A DNA stretch of 64,000 nt from an uncultured Eubacteriales bacterium (GTDB lineage: Bacteria; Bacillota; Clostridia; TANB77; CAG-508). Of this stretch, positions 1 to 9,715 are shown in pieces; positions within the stretch are counted from its first letter, which is position 1, and the number at the start of each line of letters is the position of its first letter. A program made the position numbers and the translations under genes. The notes under the pieces were generated by a model that was not told the origin of the DNA, searched no databases, and saw only the letters and a list, made by a program, of their open reading frames with translations. The stretch is taken from contig CASFHP010000002.1 of the NCBI GenBank assembly GCA_949294555.1, positions 38,087 to 102,086 on the forward strand, in the 5' to 3' direction.

Positions 1-93
1 ACAAGCCATAATTCTAAAATTTATTGTATAGATGGTAATGATTTTATAAATTCATTTGATAAAATTATAAAATTTTTAAGTGAATAAAATTTA

Positions 94-561
94 TTGGAGG
101 AAAAAGTGAAAATATTATATACAGCCTTTAACGGACAAGATAATTCATCAAAAATATTGTTAGATAAAATAACAGCAGAAAATATAGATAAGTTGTATTT
201 AAGAAATAGTTTTGATACAAGTGTTAAACAATTAATAAATAAAATAAAAAATTATGAATTGATAATTTCATTTGGACAAGCTCCATTAGATAAAGATTTA
301 ATAAAAATTGAAGTTATTGGCAAAAAGGAGAATACTTTATATAAAACAGATTTTAATTATTTAAAAATAAAAGAAGACATAGAAAATACAGGATTTAAAG
401 TATATATTTCTGAAGATGCTGGTAATTTTCTATGCAACAATTTATATTATCATGGACTAAAATATATAAAAGAAAATAATATAAATTGTAAAATGATATT
501 TATTCATATTCCAAAAATAGAAAATTTAAGTGATGTAGATTTATTAGCGAATTTATTTTAA
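94..561 (+). CDS. Peptidase C15 (pyroglutamyl-peptidase I)-like protein, short form. The probable true start is a GTG near 106, after a GGAGG ribosome-binding site.
   Basis: The N-terminus MKILYTAFNGQ and the motif DAGNFLCNNLYYHG resemble the Pcp catalytic-Cys region. The protein is shorter than canonical Pcp (about 215 aa). Confidence 0.4.
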   Translation: MEEKVKILYTAFNGQDNSSKILLDKITAENIDKLYLRNSFDTSVKQLINKIKNYELIISFGQAPLDKDLIKIEVIGKKENTLYKTDFNYLKIKEDIENTGFKVYISEDAGNFLCNNLYYHGLKYIKENNINCKMIFIHIPKIENLSDVDLLANLF

Positions 562-579
562 TTTAAAAGGAGTTTTAAT

Positions 580-1485
580 ATGTTAGCAAATAAATTAAAG
601 ATAGGGGATACAATAGGAGTTATTGCTCCAGATAAAGCATTAAAAAGTACAGATAAAATATATTTGGATAATGCGACAAAATATTTTGAAAGTATAGGAT
701 TAAAAGTAAAATATGGAAAATATTTATTTTCTGATAAAGAATATTGTGCAGGAACACCTAAACAAAGAGCAGGAGACTTAAATGATATGTTTAGCGATAA
801 AGATGTTAAAGCAATATTTACTGTAAAAGGTGGCGACATGGCAAATGGAATACTACCATTCATAGACTTTGAAAAAATACAGAGTAACCCAAAAATATTT
901 TTAGGTATGAGTGACATTACAGTATTATTATGTGCTATTAATAAAATGACAGGATTAGTAACTTTTCATTGTCAAGATTATATTTGGTTTGGAAAAGATG
1001 AAGTAACTGAATATGATAAAAATGAAATTATAAATAAATTATTTAATGCAAATAAAACTATAATTCCATATACAGAAAGAGAATTTAGTAATTTTAATAG
1101 TAATACAATTAAAGGAAGAATATATGGAACAAATGTAAGATGCTTATTAAAATTATTAGGAACACCATACATGCCAAATTTAAAGGATTCAGTATTATTT
1201 TTAGAAGGATATCGTTCAGATATTATACAATGGAATTCAATGCTAGAACAATATAATCAAATAGGAGCTTTTAACAAAGCAGTTGTGTTTGGATATATTT
1301 ATCAATTACAGTATGAAGAAGAAAATAAATATAATATTATAGATGAATTAAGAAAGATAAATCAAAATATTCCAATAGTGAAGACAAATGATTTTGGGCA
1401 TAAACATGCAAACAGTATAATTCCTATTGGTGCAAAAGTAAGTATAGATGGAAAAAACATTATAGTGGAAGAATTTTTAAAGTAA
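580..1485 (+). CDS. LD-carboxypeptidase (peptidase S66, LdcA/MccF-like)
   Basis: 301 aa. The N-terminal GDTIGVIAP and the GMSDITVLL serine-nucleophile region are typical of S66 muramoyltetrapeptide carboxypeptidases. Confidence 0.8.
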   Translation: MLANKLKIGDTIGVIAPDKALKSTDKIYLDNATKYFESIGLKVKYGKYLFSDKEYCAGTPKQRAGDLNDMFSDKDVKAIFTVKGGDMANGILPFIDFEKIQSNPKIFLGMSDITVLLCAINKMTGLVTFHCQDYIWFGKDEVTEYDKNEIINKLFNANKTIIPYTEREFSNFNSNTIKGRIYGTNVRCLLKLLGTPYMPNLKDSVLFLEGYRSDIIQWNSMLEQYNQIGAFNKAVVFGYIYQLQYEEENKYNIIDELRKINQNIPIVKTNDFGHKHANSIIPIGAKVSIDGKNIIVEEFLK

Positions 1486-1505
1486 TGTTTATTTAGGAGC
1501 AACAA

Positions 1506-2663
1506 ATGAAAGAATATTTTTACAAACAAGAATATAAATATATGTATTTAGCAAATGTATCATATAGTTTTGCAAATGCACTAAGTGAAACATTTGGAAC
1601 AGTAATGTTATATAAAAGTGGAATACCAATATGGCTTATTTTACTTATATACGGATTGAGATTTGGAATAACAGGACTTTGCACACCATTATTTGTTAGC
1701 ATATCTTCAAGATTTGGTATTGCTAAATGTATACTAATTTCCAATATTTTTAGCATTATTAGTGCTTATATGATGTTAGATGGGACAAATATATATAGAA
1801 ATATTGTAATCTTTATATTAGCAATGGGATTTATGGGGATTTCAAATCCATCTACTGATTCATTATCAAGTAAATATGTTGAAACAGAGCATAGGGGAAG
1901 ATATAATAGTTTAATAAGCATATCTAAAATTGTAGCAGTAGCTTTAGCTAGTTGTTTAGTTGCTTGGGGAGTAATTTCAGATAATAATATAATTTTATTT
2001 ACTGTGATTGCTATATTCTTTTTACTACAATATATATTTATAAGAAAAATAGATTATAAAGTTGAAAATAAAACAAATGCTTTCAAAGCATCAATGAAAT
2101 ATATAATAAAATCAAAAAGTAGATATAAAATTATTTATGCTTTAAGAACTAGCCATATAATAGAAAGGCAATACGTTCCTTTATATTTATTTATTGCTGT
2201 CAAAGACTTTTCAGTATTTTCCTCAATAACAATAATATCATTATTATTACAAATCATTACCGTATCATTAATTGGAAAATATACTGATAAAAATATTGTT
2301 AAAGCAAATTCTCTAGTAACAATTATAAAAGTCATTATAACGAGTGTATTTTTATTTGCAAAAAATAAAGTAACAATTGCGTTTAATAAAGTATTAAATG
2401 ACAATTTTGAAAAGGTATATGAAACTTCAATTAATACTTCAATACAAAATATTATAATAGAATCCAAAGAGGATAATGACCTATTATCAGCAGTAGGACA
2501 AATGAGTTTATGCTTTACTGAAGTAATAGTTTTTGCTTTACTTGCAATAATAAGTTCTTTTATTGGAGAAAAAGTATTTATTATAATTTTCATACTTTCT
2601 ATACTTTCTTCAATTTTTATAAATATAAATATTAAGAATAGTAAATATATAGAAAAAAACTAA
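1506..2663 (+). CDS. MFS-type polytopic membrane transporter
   Basis: 385 aa with about 10-12 hydrophobic helices and an MFS-like arrangement. It sits 20 nt downstream of the S66 gene. Confidence 0.55.
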   Translation: MKEYFYKQEYKYMYLANVSYSFANALSETFGTVMLYKSGIPIWLILLIYGLRFGITGLCTPLFVSISSRFGIAKCILISNIFSIISAYMMLDGTNIYRNIVIFILAMGFMGISNPSTDSLSSKYVETEHRGRYNSLISISKIVAVALASCLVAWGVISDNNIILFTVIAIFFLLQYIFIRKIDYKVENKTNAFKASMKYIIKSKSRYKIIYALRTSHIIERQYVPLYLFIAVKDFSVFSSITIISLLLQIITVSLIGKYTDKNIVKANSLVTIIKVIITSVFLFAKNKVTIAFNKVLNDNFEKVYETSINTSIQNIIIESKEDNDLLSAVGQMSLCFTEVIVFALLAIISSFIGEKVFIIIFILSILSSIFININIKNSKYIEKN

Positions 2664-2731
2664 AAGGCTAAGTGAATTCTCACTAGGACTCAAAGAAAAT
2701 ATAATAAATAATAGGATGAGAGGTAATAATA

Positions 2732-3271
2732 ATGGATTCTTTATATGGATTAACATACATTCCAGTAGATATGGATAATTTAGAAATAGCATTTAAAATG
2801 CAAAAAGAAATATGGACATCAGATCCAGATTATAACGATTTACTTGATAAAGCCAAAAATAGAACTGATAATAATTGTTCGTTTTTAGTTTATCATGAGA
2901 ATACTTTAATTGGAATAACTGGAGTCGACTTTTATGAACAATATAAAGATACGATATGGCTTGACTGGTTTGCAATTTTACCAGAATTTCGTAGACAAGG
3001 TTATGGTAAGAAAGTATTATTAGATACTATTGAATATTGTAAAAGTTTAAAAAAATATGATTACTTTAGACTAGATACCACATATTATGAAAATAGACCA
3101 GCATTATATTTGTATGATGATGTAATGGACTTAAGAGAAGAATATACTGTCGAAGACACTGATACAATTAAAAATAATTTTTTAGTATATACATATGGTC
3201 TAAATAAAAAAGCTGAATACTGGAATAATAAATATTTAGGATTAAGAGAATATTATGATAATTGCAAATAG
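2732..3271 (+). CDS. GNAT family N-acetyltransferase
   Basis: The motif FRRQGYGKKVL (acetyl-CoA binding Q/RxxGxG/A) and a GNAT-sized protein of 179 aa. Confidence 0.7.
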   Translation: MDSLYGLTYIPVDMDNLEIAFKMQKEIWTSDPDYNDLLDKAKNRTDNNCSFLVYHENTLIGITGVDFYEQYKDTIWLDWFAILPEFRRQGYGKKVLLDTIEYCKSLKKYDYFRLDTTYYENRPALYLYDDVMDLREEYTVEDTDTIKNNFLVYTYGLNKKAEYWNNKYLGLREYYDNCK

Positions 3272-3353
3272 ATATGAAAAATAAGAGATAATTTATAGTA
3301 TTTTTTTGTAAAATATGCTATACTTATATTGAAATTAAAGGTAGGTGATTAAA

Positions 3354-3707
3354 ATGCCAAATATTCCAAAGAAAATTAATAGTATATTAGAAGAATTTAT
3401 AGAAGGGGCAAAGGATATTCTTGGCGACAGAATGAAAAAAATAATCCTTTATGGTTCATATGCAAGAGGGGATTATAAAAAGGATTCTGATATAGATATA
3501 ATGATATTAACAGACCTAAAAGATGATGAAATATCAGAATATAGAGATAAAATATGGGAATTTGCTTATAATATTGAATTTGATAACAATTTTGATATTA
3601 CTTTATCACCTTTAATTAAAAATATAGATAAGTTTAATTATTGGTTAGAAGCATTACCTTTTTATATTAATGTTCAAAATGAAGGAGTGGTATTAAGTGA
3701 GTCCTAA
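3354..3707 (+). CDS. Nucleotidyltransferase (MNT) domain protein, antitoxin-like
   Basis: LYGSYARGDYKKDSDIDIMIL matches the GSx10DxD minimal nucleotidyltransferase motif. The 3' end overlaps the HEPN gene. Confidence 0.7.
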   Translation: MPNIPKKINSILEEFIEGAKDILGDRMKKIILYGSYARGDYKKDSDIDIMILTDLKDDEISEYRDKIWEFAYNIEFDNNFDITLSPLIKNIDKFNYWLEALPFYINVQNEGVVLSES

Positions 3708-4098
3708 AATTTCAAAAGAATTATCTAAACATAGACTAGAACAAGCAAAAGAAGATTTAAAAGCAAGTAAAGTATTATATGACATGAAATTATTTAAATC
3801 TGCTAATAATAGAGCATATTATTCGATATTTCATAGTATGAAAGCAGTTTTAGCATTAGAACCAATAGACTTTAAAAGACATAAAGATGTGATAGCTTAT
3901 TTTAATAAAAATTATATTCATGCAGAAATCTTTCCTAAAAGTATGGGAAGAAGAATATCAGATGCAAGTAGAATAAGAGAAGATAGCGATTATGATGATG
4001 AATTTGTAGTCAGATCAGAAGATACATTAGCTCAAATAGAAACAGCTGAAGAAATGATAAAATTAACAGAGAAATATATAAATACTAAAAAAATATAG
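3697..4098 (+). CDS. HEPN domain protein (toxin-like partner of the MNT gene)
   Basis: 133 aa. It carries an HEPN-like helical N-terminus and overlaps the upstream MNT gene by 11 nt, the classic HEPN/MNT pair arrangement. Confidence 0.65.
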   Translation: MSPKISKELSKHRLEQAKEDLKASKVLYDMKLFKSANNRAYYSIFHSMKAVLALEPIDFKRHKDVIAYFNKNYIHAEIFPKSMGRRISDASRIREDSDYDDEFVVRSEDTLAQIETAEEMIKLTEKYINTKKI

Positions 4099-4549
4099 TA
4101 ATAAATTAAGTATCCTTATGGGTACTTTTATTTTTTTAATGTTTATGATATTATGTCGAAAGAATAAAGATATGGGAGAAAATAGAATGTGTGAAAATAT
4201 GCTAGAAAAAATAGAAATAAAAAAAATAGAGTGCGTTACAAATAATAATATCCACTATTCAACTTATTAATTGTTGAATAAGATCAGATATAGAGGATGA
4301 AACTTTAATAAGGAGCATCCTCTATATATTTAAATGATGATTTGGGGACGGAGCAAAAATCATCGCTCCGTTCCTCATTGACATTAAAATTATAATTCTA
4401 TAAATTAAAGAACTATACATATTTGAAAGTTATACAATATCATAGAAAAATGATAAAGTAGCAGACAGAACAAATCTATCTGCTACTTGGAGATTATTAA
4501 TGGTTATACTAGGACATGAGAACTTCTGATTTAAGGACATAAGCTAGAG

Positions 4550-6063
4550 TTATCTTAACAAATTAAACCAACTAGAAAATATCTTTGTACTCATAGTAGT
4601 AAGATTAATTTTGCCAACAGAAATTTGTGAAACTAAATTCACTGTTGTGAGCACTTCTCCATCCAAAGAAAAAGAAATTTCTCCAACTTTTTGACCACTT
4701 GTAATTGGAGCAGAGATATTTTCGTCAAGAGTTACAGTTTGTTCAATATTTTTTTCACTACCTTTTGCAAGTAAAATACCAGCGTCACTTTCTAATACAA
4801 CAGGTATTGTAGCTTGAATCCCTTTATAGATACTGGTAGTTTGAATTAAATCTCCAGCTTTGCCAAAACTTTGATAAGAGAAATTATTAAATCCATAATC
4901 TAGTAATTTCTCAGCTTCTGAAAAACGCACTTTTGTGGAAGGGGCTTTCATAATAACGGCAATTAAAGACAAACCATCACGTGTAGCACTAGCAGATAAA
5001 TTATACAAAGCAAGAGAGGTGGAACCTGTTTTTAAACCCGTAGCACCGCTATAATTTTTAATCAATCTGTTTGTGTTAGAAAGTCCGAGTTTCTCCATCT
5101 CTTAAAGTATCCATCCAAATAGTTGTATAATTAGTAATTTCAGGATATTTTGTTAGCAATTCTCTAGACATAACTGCAATATCATAACTAGAAGTTACAT
5201 GACCATCTTCATCTAAACCATGACAATTTTTAAAAGTAGTATCACTCATTCCCAATTCATAAGCCTTATCATTCATCATTTGAACAAAAGCCTCTTCTGA
5301 ACCAGCAATATATTCTGCCATGGCAACAACACAATCATTTGCAGAATTGACACAAATTGCCTTTAACATTTCATCAACAGTTAAAGTTTCAGTTGTATCT
5401 AGCCAAATTTGAGAACCACCCATGGAAGCTGCATTTTCACTACAAGGGACTTCATCTGTTAAACTAATTTTTCCGGCTATCTAAAGCTTCCATGATAAGT
5501 AAAATACTCATAACTTTTGTAACAGAAGCAGGACGCAATTGTTCATGAATATTGTGAGCATATAAAATTCTACCAGAAGATTGTTCAATTAAGATGGCAG
5601 ATGCAGATTCTAAATTTAGAGAATTGTCATCTGTAACTTCACTTGTTGCATTTGTAAGTACAGAACTATCATCTACTACATCAGAGACATCTGTAGCATT
5701 TGTAGAGGTATTTATATTTGTATTATTAGTAGTATTTATTGTATTATTTGTATTTGCAGTAGAGTTCGTGACATTTGTACTTGTATTGTTGGTTGTTGTA
5801 GTGGCATTAGAAGAATTTGTTGTGTTTCCTGTATTATTTAATGTATTAGAACTACTAGACCAGACATATAAGGAATCATCAGTAGCTAATGAAAAAGAAG
5901 CAGAAGAAAGTAAAATCGTAATGATAAGAAAAATAGTTGTAAAAAGTTTTATACTTGTTTTATTCATAGGGACCTCCATATTGATATTTAATATTTGTAA
6001 GATAAGTTTTATGTTTAGATTTTCTAATAAGAAATATATGATAAAATCTTGAAAAAAGAACAA
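4550..6063 (-). pseudogene. D-alanyl-D-alanine carboxypeptidase (peptidase S11, DacF/PBP5-like) split into three ORFs by two frameshifts
   Basis: ORF 5464..6063 carries a signal peptide, an N/T/S-rich linker and the SxxK active site (RPASVTKVMS). ORF 5076..5423 continues the transpeptidase domain. ORF 4550..5098 is the C-terminal beta-sandwich domain. The first frameshift lies in an A-run near 5440. Confidence 0.7.
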
Positions 6064-6290
6064 ATATCATAACGAAAGTGATGAGATTACATTTTGGCAA
6101 TTACAAACTAAACAGTAATACTTCTAATCTAATTGCAAAATCACTGACTGAAAGTGGATGGACAAGTAAATGTACAATATGGTATAATGTCGAATAGTAA
6201 AAATGTTCATTTTGCTGAACCAGAGCCAGTAGTAAGACGTAAAAACTGTAAGGTAGATGAATATGAAATATAAAGGGTGGAAAATATATT

Positions 6291-6977
6291 ATGACAAAAA
6301 TATTGTTGGTAGAAGATGATAAGAACATAGCAATTACAATTTCATATTATTTACAGCAAGAAGGATTTACAATTAATACAGCAAAAACTGTCAAAGAAGG
6401 TGTTGAAAAGATAAAAAACAATGATTATGATTTAATGTTACTAGATATCAATTTACCAGATGGTACAGGATATGTGTTGTATCAAGAAATGAAAAACATA
6501 CAAGAAATTCCAACCATATTTTTAACAGCATTAGACGAAGAAAAAGACATTGTTAAGGGATTTGATCTAGGAGCAGACGATTATATTACAAAACCATTTC
6601 ATGCAGGAGAATTACTGTCTAGGATAAAAAATGTATTAAGGCATAATATAAAAAATGCAAAAAAAGAAATAGAAGAGAAAATAAAAATCAAAAATGTTGA
6701 AATCAATCTATCATCTGGAAAAGTTTTAAAAGAAGGAAAAGAAATAGAATTAACAGCACTTGAATACAAAATCTTAGTCATGTTATTTGAAAACAGAGGC
6801 AAAATGATAACCAGAGAACAAATATTATCATATATTTGGGATAGCGAAGAAAATTTTGTAAATGATAATACATTAACTGTATATATAAAAAGAATCAGAG
6901 AAAAAATTGAAGACAATCCCAATAAACCAGAAATAATAAAAACAGTAAGAGGTTTAGGCTATAAAATTGAACGTTAG
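6291..6977 (+). CDS. OmpR-family response regulator
   Basis: A receiver domain (LLVEDD..., DLMLLDINLPDG) plus a winged-helix C-terminus (TVRGLGYKI). Confidence 0.85.
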   Translation: MTKILLVEDDKNIAITISYYLQQEGFTINTAKTVKEGVEKIKNNDYDLMLLDINLPDGTGYVLYQEMKNIQEIPTIFLTALDEEKDIVKGFDLGADDYITKPFHAGELLSRIKNVLRHNIKNAKKEIEEKIKIKNVEINLSSGKVLKEGKEIELTALEYKILVMLFENRGKMITREQILSYIWDSEENFVNDNTLTVYIKRIREKIEDNPNKPEIIKTVRGLGYKIER

Positions 6978-7053
6978 GGACGTGTCAAATTTTTTAAGGT
7001 TACATAAAAATGTCTCAAAAAGAAACGTCCCCAATGAGACAAAAAGGAGAAAC

Positions 7054-8340
7054 ATGAATACAAAACAAAAAAGAAATTTATATATTTGTATAGCTACAAT
7101 TTGTATAATAATTATTTTGCTAATCATATTTACCATTTATTATATACAACAAAATTACAAGGAAAGTCTGTACACTTACACAAATCAAGTTATTGCAAAA
7201 ATTGTAGAAAAATATCCAGATCAAGAAGAAGAGATTATTAAAGAGATATTTTTGAATGATACTTCTTCAGAAAATGTTAATATTGATTCAAACAGTTCAA
7301 ATAAGGACAATATGGACAACATGGACAATTCTGATAATTTTCAGAATACAGAGGATATTTTGAGTAAATATGGATTTGATGCGGAAACGATTGATATAGA
7401 AAATCGTAATTTTGAAATTATTACGAAATTGATTTTCATGTTCTCCATCATTTTTGCAATAGGGATTTTAGGAATTGTTCTTGTATATACCATATATATC
7501 CGAAAGCAAAATCAAAAATTAAAAAATTTAGACAATTACTGTAAAGAAATATTAAAAGGAAATTATTTATTAGATTTAAAAGAGGAAGATGAGAGTGATT
7601 TTAGCAAATTAAAGAATGATATTTATGATATGACTGTTATGTTAAAAGAAAAAAATGGTTTACTAGAGAAAAATAACAAAGATATTGAAAAATTAATCGC
7701 TGATATTTCACATCAATTGAAAACACCATTGACTTCTTTAAATTTAATTAATGACATTTTATATACAGATTTGCCAGAAGAAAAGAAAATAGAGTTTTTG
7801 GATAGTAGTCAAAAAGAATTAGAAAAGATTAATTGGCTGATAAAAACAGTTTTAAATATAGCTAAATTAGATTCAAAAACGCTGATTTTAGACAAAAAGA
7901 ATGAAAATGCATATCATTTATGCTTAGAAGTGAAAAACAATTTTAAAGCTATGTGTGAAATACATCATGCAAATATAGAAATTATTTCAAATAAAGAAGA
8001 AACCATTAATTGTGATAAAAAATGGACAATTGAAGCTATGAATAATATTGTAAAAAATGCAATTGAGCATGGAGCCAAAACAATAACCATACAATTAGAA
8101 GAAAATACGATGTATACAAAAGTAAGTATAAAAGATGACGGAGAAGGTATTGATAAAGAAGATTTGGGACATATTTTTGATAGATTTTATAAAGCTAAAA
8201 ATAGTAAAGAAAGTAGTTTAGGTATTGGACTTGCTTTTTGCAAAAGTATTATTAGAAACCAAAACGGAGATATCCGTGTAAAGAGTTCTAAAAAGGAAAA
8301 CGATAGTTGGACAGAATTTGTGATTAAACTATATAAATAA
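7054..8340 (+). CDS. Sensor histidine kinase with two TM helices and a 90-aa extracytoplasmic loop
   Basis: An H-box (ISHQLKTPLTSL) and a HATPase_c domain (GIGLAFCKSII). The start ATG at 7054 follows the RBS AAAGGAGA. The track ORF beginning at 6967 is an artefactual upstream extension through a repeat element. Confidence 0.85.
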   Translation: MNTKQKRNLYICIATICIIIILLIIFTIYYIQQNYKESLYTYTNQVIAKIVEKYPDQEEEIIKEIFLNDTSSENVNIDSNSSNKDNMDNMDNSDNFQNTEDILSKYGFDAETIDIENRNFEIITKLIFMFSIIFAIGILGIVLVYTIYIRKQNQKLKNLDNYCKEILKGNYLLDLKEEDESDFSKLKNDIYDMTVMLKEKNGLLEKNNKDIEKLIADISHQLKTPLTSLNLINDILYTDLPEEKKIEFLDSSQKELEKINWLIKTVLNIAKLDSKTLILDKKNENAYHLCLEVKNNFKAMCEIHHANIEIISNKEETINCDKKWTIEAMNNIVKNAIEHGAKTITIQLEENTMYTKVSIKDDGEGIDKEDLGHIFDRFYKAKNSKESSLGIGLAFCKSIIRNQNGDIRVKSSKKENDSWTEFVIKLYK

Positions 8341-8379
8341 AAGAACAATAAAGAATTATTGAGGAGAAAAAATGAAAGA

Positions 8380-8754
8380 ATGAAAAAATATAAAATTATA
8401 TATATTGTATTAATCTTAATATGTGTTGTTATGATAATAACGAGAGGAATTACAGTTGGAACAACAATTAAGGAATTCGGAAGTCAAGAAATGGCAAATG
8501 TTGATGGTGACTATGGATATATAGACATATTCATTTTTAATATTTGCATTTTGTTAACCATATTTATAGTTAGTGTATGTGCCACTTTTAATAAGAAGAA
8601 TGCTATAAAATTTAAATATGTTATTTTATTAGGTATTTTTATATTGTTGTTATGGATTCCAGTTGGAATACAATATAATCTGGGTGGAAGTCAACTAATA
8701 TTAGGTAGAGAAACGTATATATCATTAATAAATATATATCTATTTTTCAGATAA
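8380..8754 (+). CDS. Small polytopic membrane protein
   Basis: Three to four hydrophobic helices. It lies between the HK and the ABC transporter genes. Confidence 0.4.
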   Translation: MKKYKIIYIVLILICVVMIITRGITVGTTIKEFGSQEMANVDGDYGYIDIFIFNICILLTIFIVSVCATFNKKNAIKFKYVILLGIFILLLWIPVGIQYNLGGSQLILGRETYISLINIYLFFR

Positions 8755-8960
8755 TATAAGTATTTATTATGTATAAAAAATAAAATTAGAAAAAAATACA
8801 AAAAATTTAAAAAGTCATTTTAGAGTCACTTTTATGTAGTAATATCATACTAACAATAAAAGTGACATTTTTGCTAAATAGAAAATGCATCTTTATATAT
8901 AGAAGAATGTTGCTGTATTCTAAATATGCTTAAATATCATAAAAAGAAAGGAGATTGTTT

Positions 8961-9641
8961 ATGGAAATATTAAAAGTAGAGAATCTAACTAAAAAATATG
9001 GTAAAAAAGATACAGAAGTTGTTGCATTAGATAATGTATCCTTTAGTGTAAACAAAGGAGAATTTGTAGCCATTGTAGGTGCTTCTGGAAGTGGAAAATC
9101 CACTTTGCTACATCTAATTGGAGGTGTAGACAAACCAACCAGCGGAAAAGTATATATTGATGGAACAGATATCTATTCATTAAACAATGATAAATTGGCG
9201 ATCTTTAGAAGAAGACAAGTAGGACTTATTTATCAATTCTATAACTTAATTCCGATATTAAATGTAAAAGAAAATATAACCTTACCTTGTGATTTAGATG
9301 GACAAAAAGTAGATGAAAGTCGATTAAAAGAATTATTATATATTTTAGGTTTAGAAAATAGAGTCAATCACTTGCCAAATGAGCTATCAGGAGGACAACA
9401 ACAAAGAGTTTCTATTGGAAGAGCTATGATTAATAATCCAAGTATTGTGTTAGCAGATGAGCCAACAGGAAATTTAGATAGCAAGGCTTCCAGAGAGATT
9501 ATTGATTTGTTAAAAGTCTCTAATCAGAAATATAATCAAACATTGATTGTGATTACACATGATGAAAATATTGCTTTGGAGGCAGATAGGATTATTACGA
9601 TACAAGATGGAAAGTTGATTAGTGATGAGAAAATAAAATAA
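8961..9641 (+). CDS. ABC transporter ATP-binding protein (MacB/BceA-like)
   Basis: Walker A (GASGSGKST), the ABC signature (LSGGQQQRV) and Walker B (ILLADEPT). The RBS is AAAGGAG. Confidence 0.85.
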   Translation: MEILKVENLTKKYGKKDTEVVALDNVSFSVNKGEFVAIVGASGSGKSTLLHLIGGVDKPTSGKVYIDGTDIYSLNNDKLAIFRRRQVGLIYQFYNLIPILNVKENITLPCDLDGQKVDESRLKELLYILGLENRVNHLPNELSGGQQQRVSIGRAMINNPSIVLADEPTGNLDSKASREIIDLLKVSNQKYNQTLIVITHDENIALEADRIITIQDGKLISDEKIK

Positions 9642-9715
9642 AGGGGATGCAATTTTCCTTGCCAAAATTTAATTCTTGTCCAAGCCAATAGAACTTGAAA
9701 AGGAAGTGAAATAAG

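Noticed and set aside
4190-4500. Cluster of hairpins and a 27-codon Cys-containing ORF in the HEPN-to-dac intergenic region, considered as an sRNA
   Set aside because: Several independent stem-loops (GATATAGAGGATG..CATCCTCTATAT, GGACGGAGC..GCTCCGTTCC, AGTAGCAGACAG..CTATCTGCTACT) are present. There is no clear promoter/terminator pairing or conservation signal that I could read, so I left it unannotated.
5594-6052. 152-aa ORF on the + strand, antisense to the carboxypeptidase gene
   Set aside because: It is a low-complexity mirror of the N/T/S-rich linker region on the opposite strand. It has no RBS and no family.
6967-7053. N-terminal extension of the histidine kinase ORF from 6967 (MNVRDVSNFLRLHKNVSKRNVPNETKRR...)
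   Set aside because: It reads straight through the 31-bp repeat element and overlaps the RR stop. A strong RBS (AAAGGAGA) sits 4-11 nt before the ATG at 7054, and the TM1 helix starts right after that, so the extension is a translation artefact.
7270-7340. Short tandem DNA repeats (AATATGGACAAC x2-3), considered as a possible CRISPR or VNTR
   Set aside because: They are in frame inside the histidine-kinase sensor loop (DNMDNMDNSDN). This is a coding micro-repeat, not a CRISPR array. No repeat-spacer architecture exists anywhere in the window.
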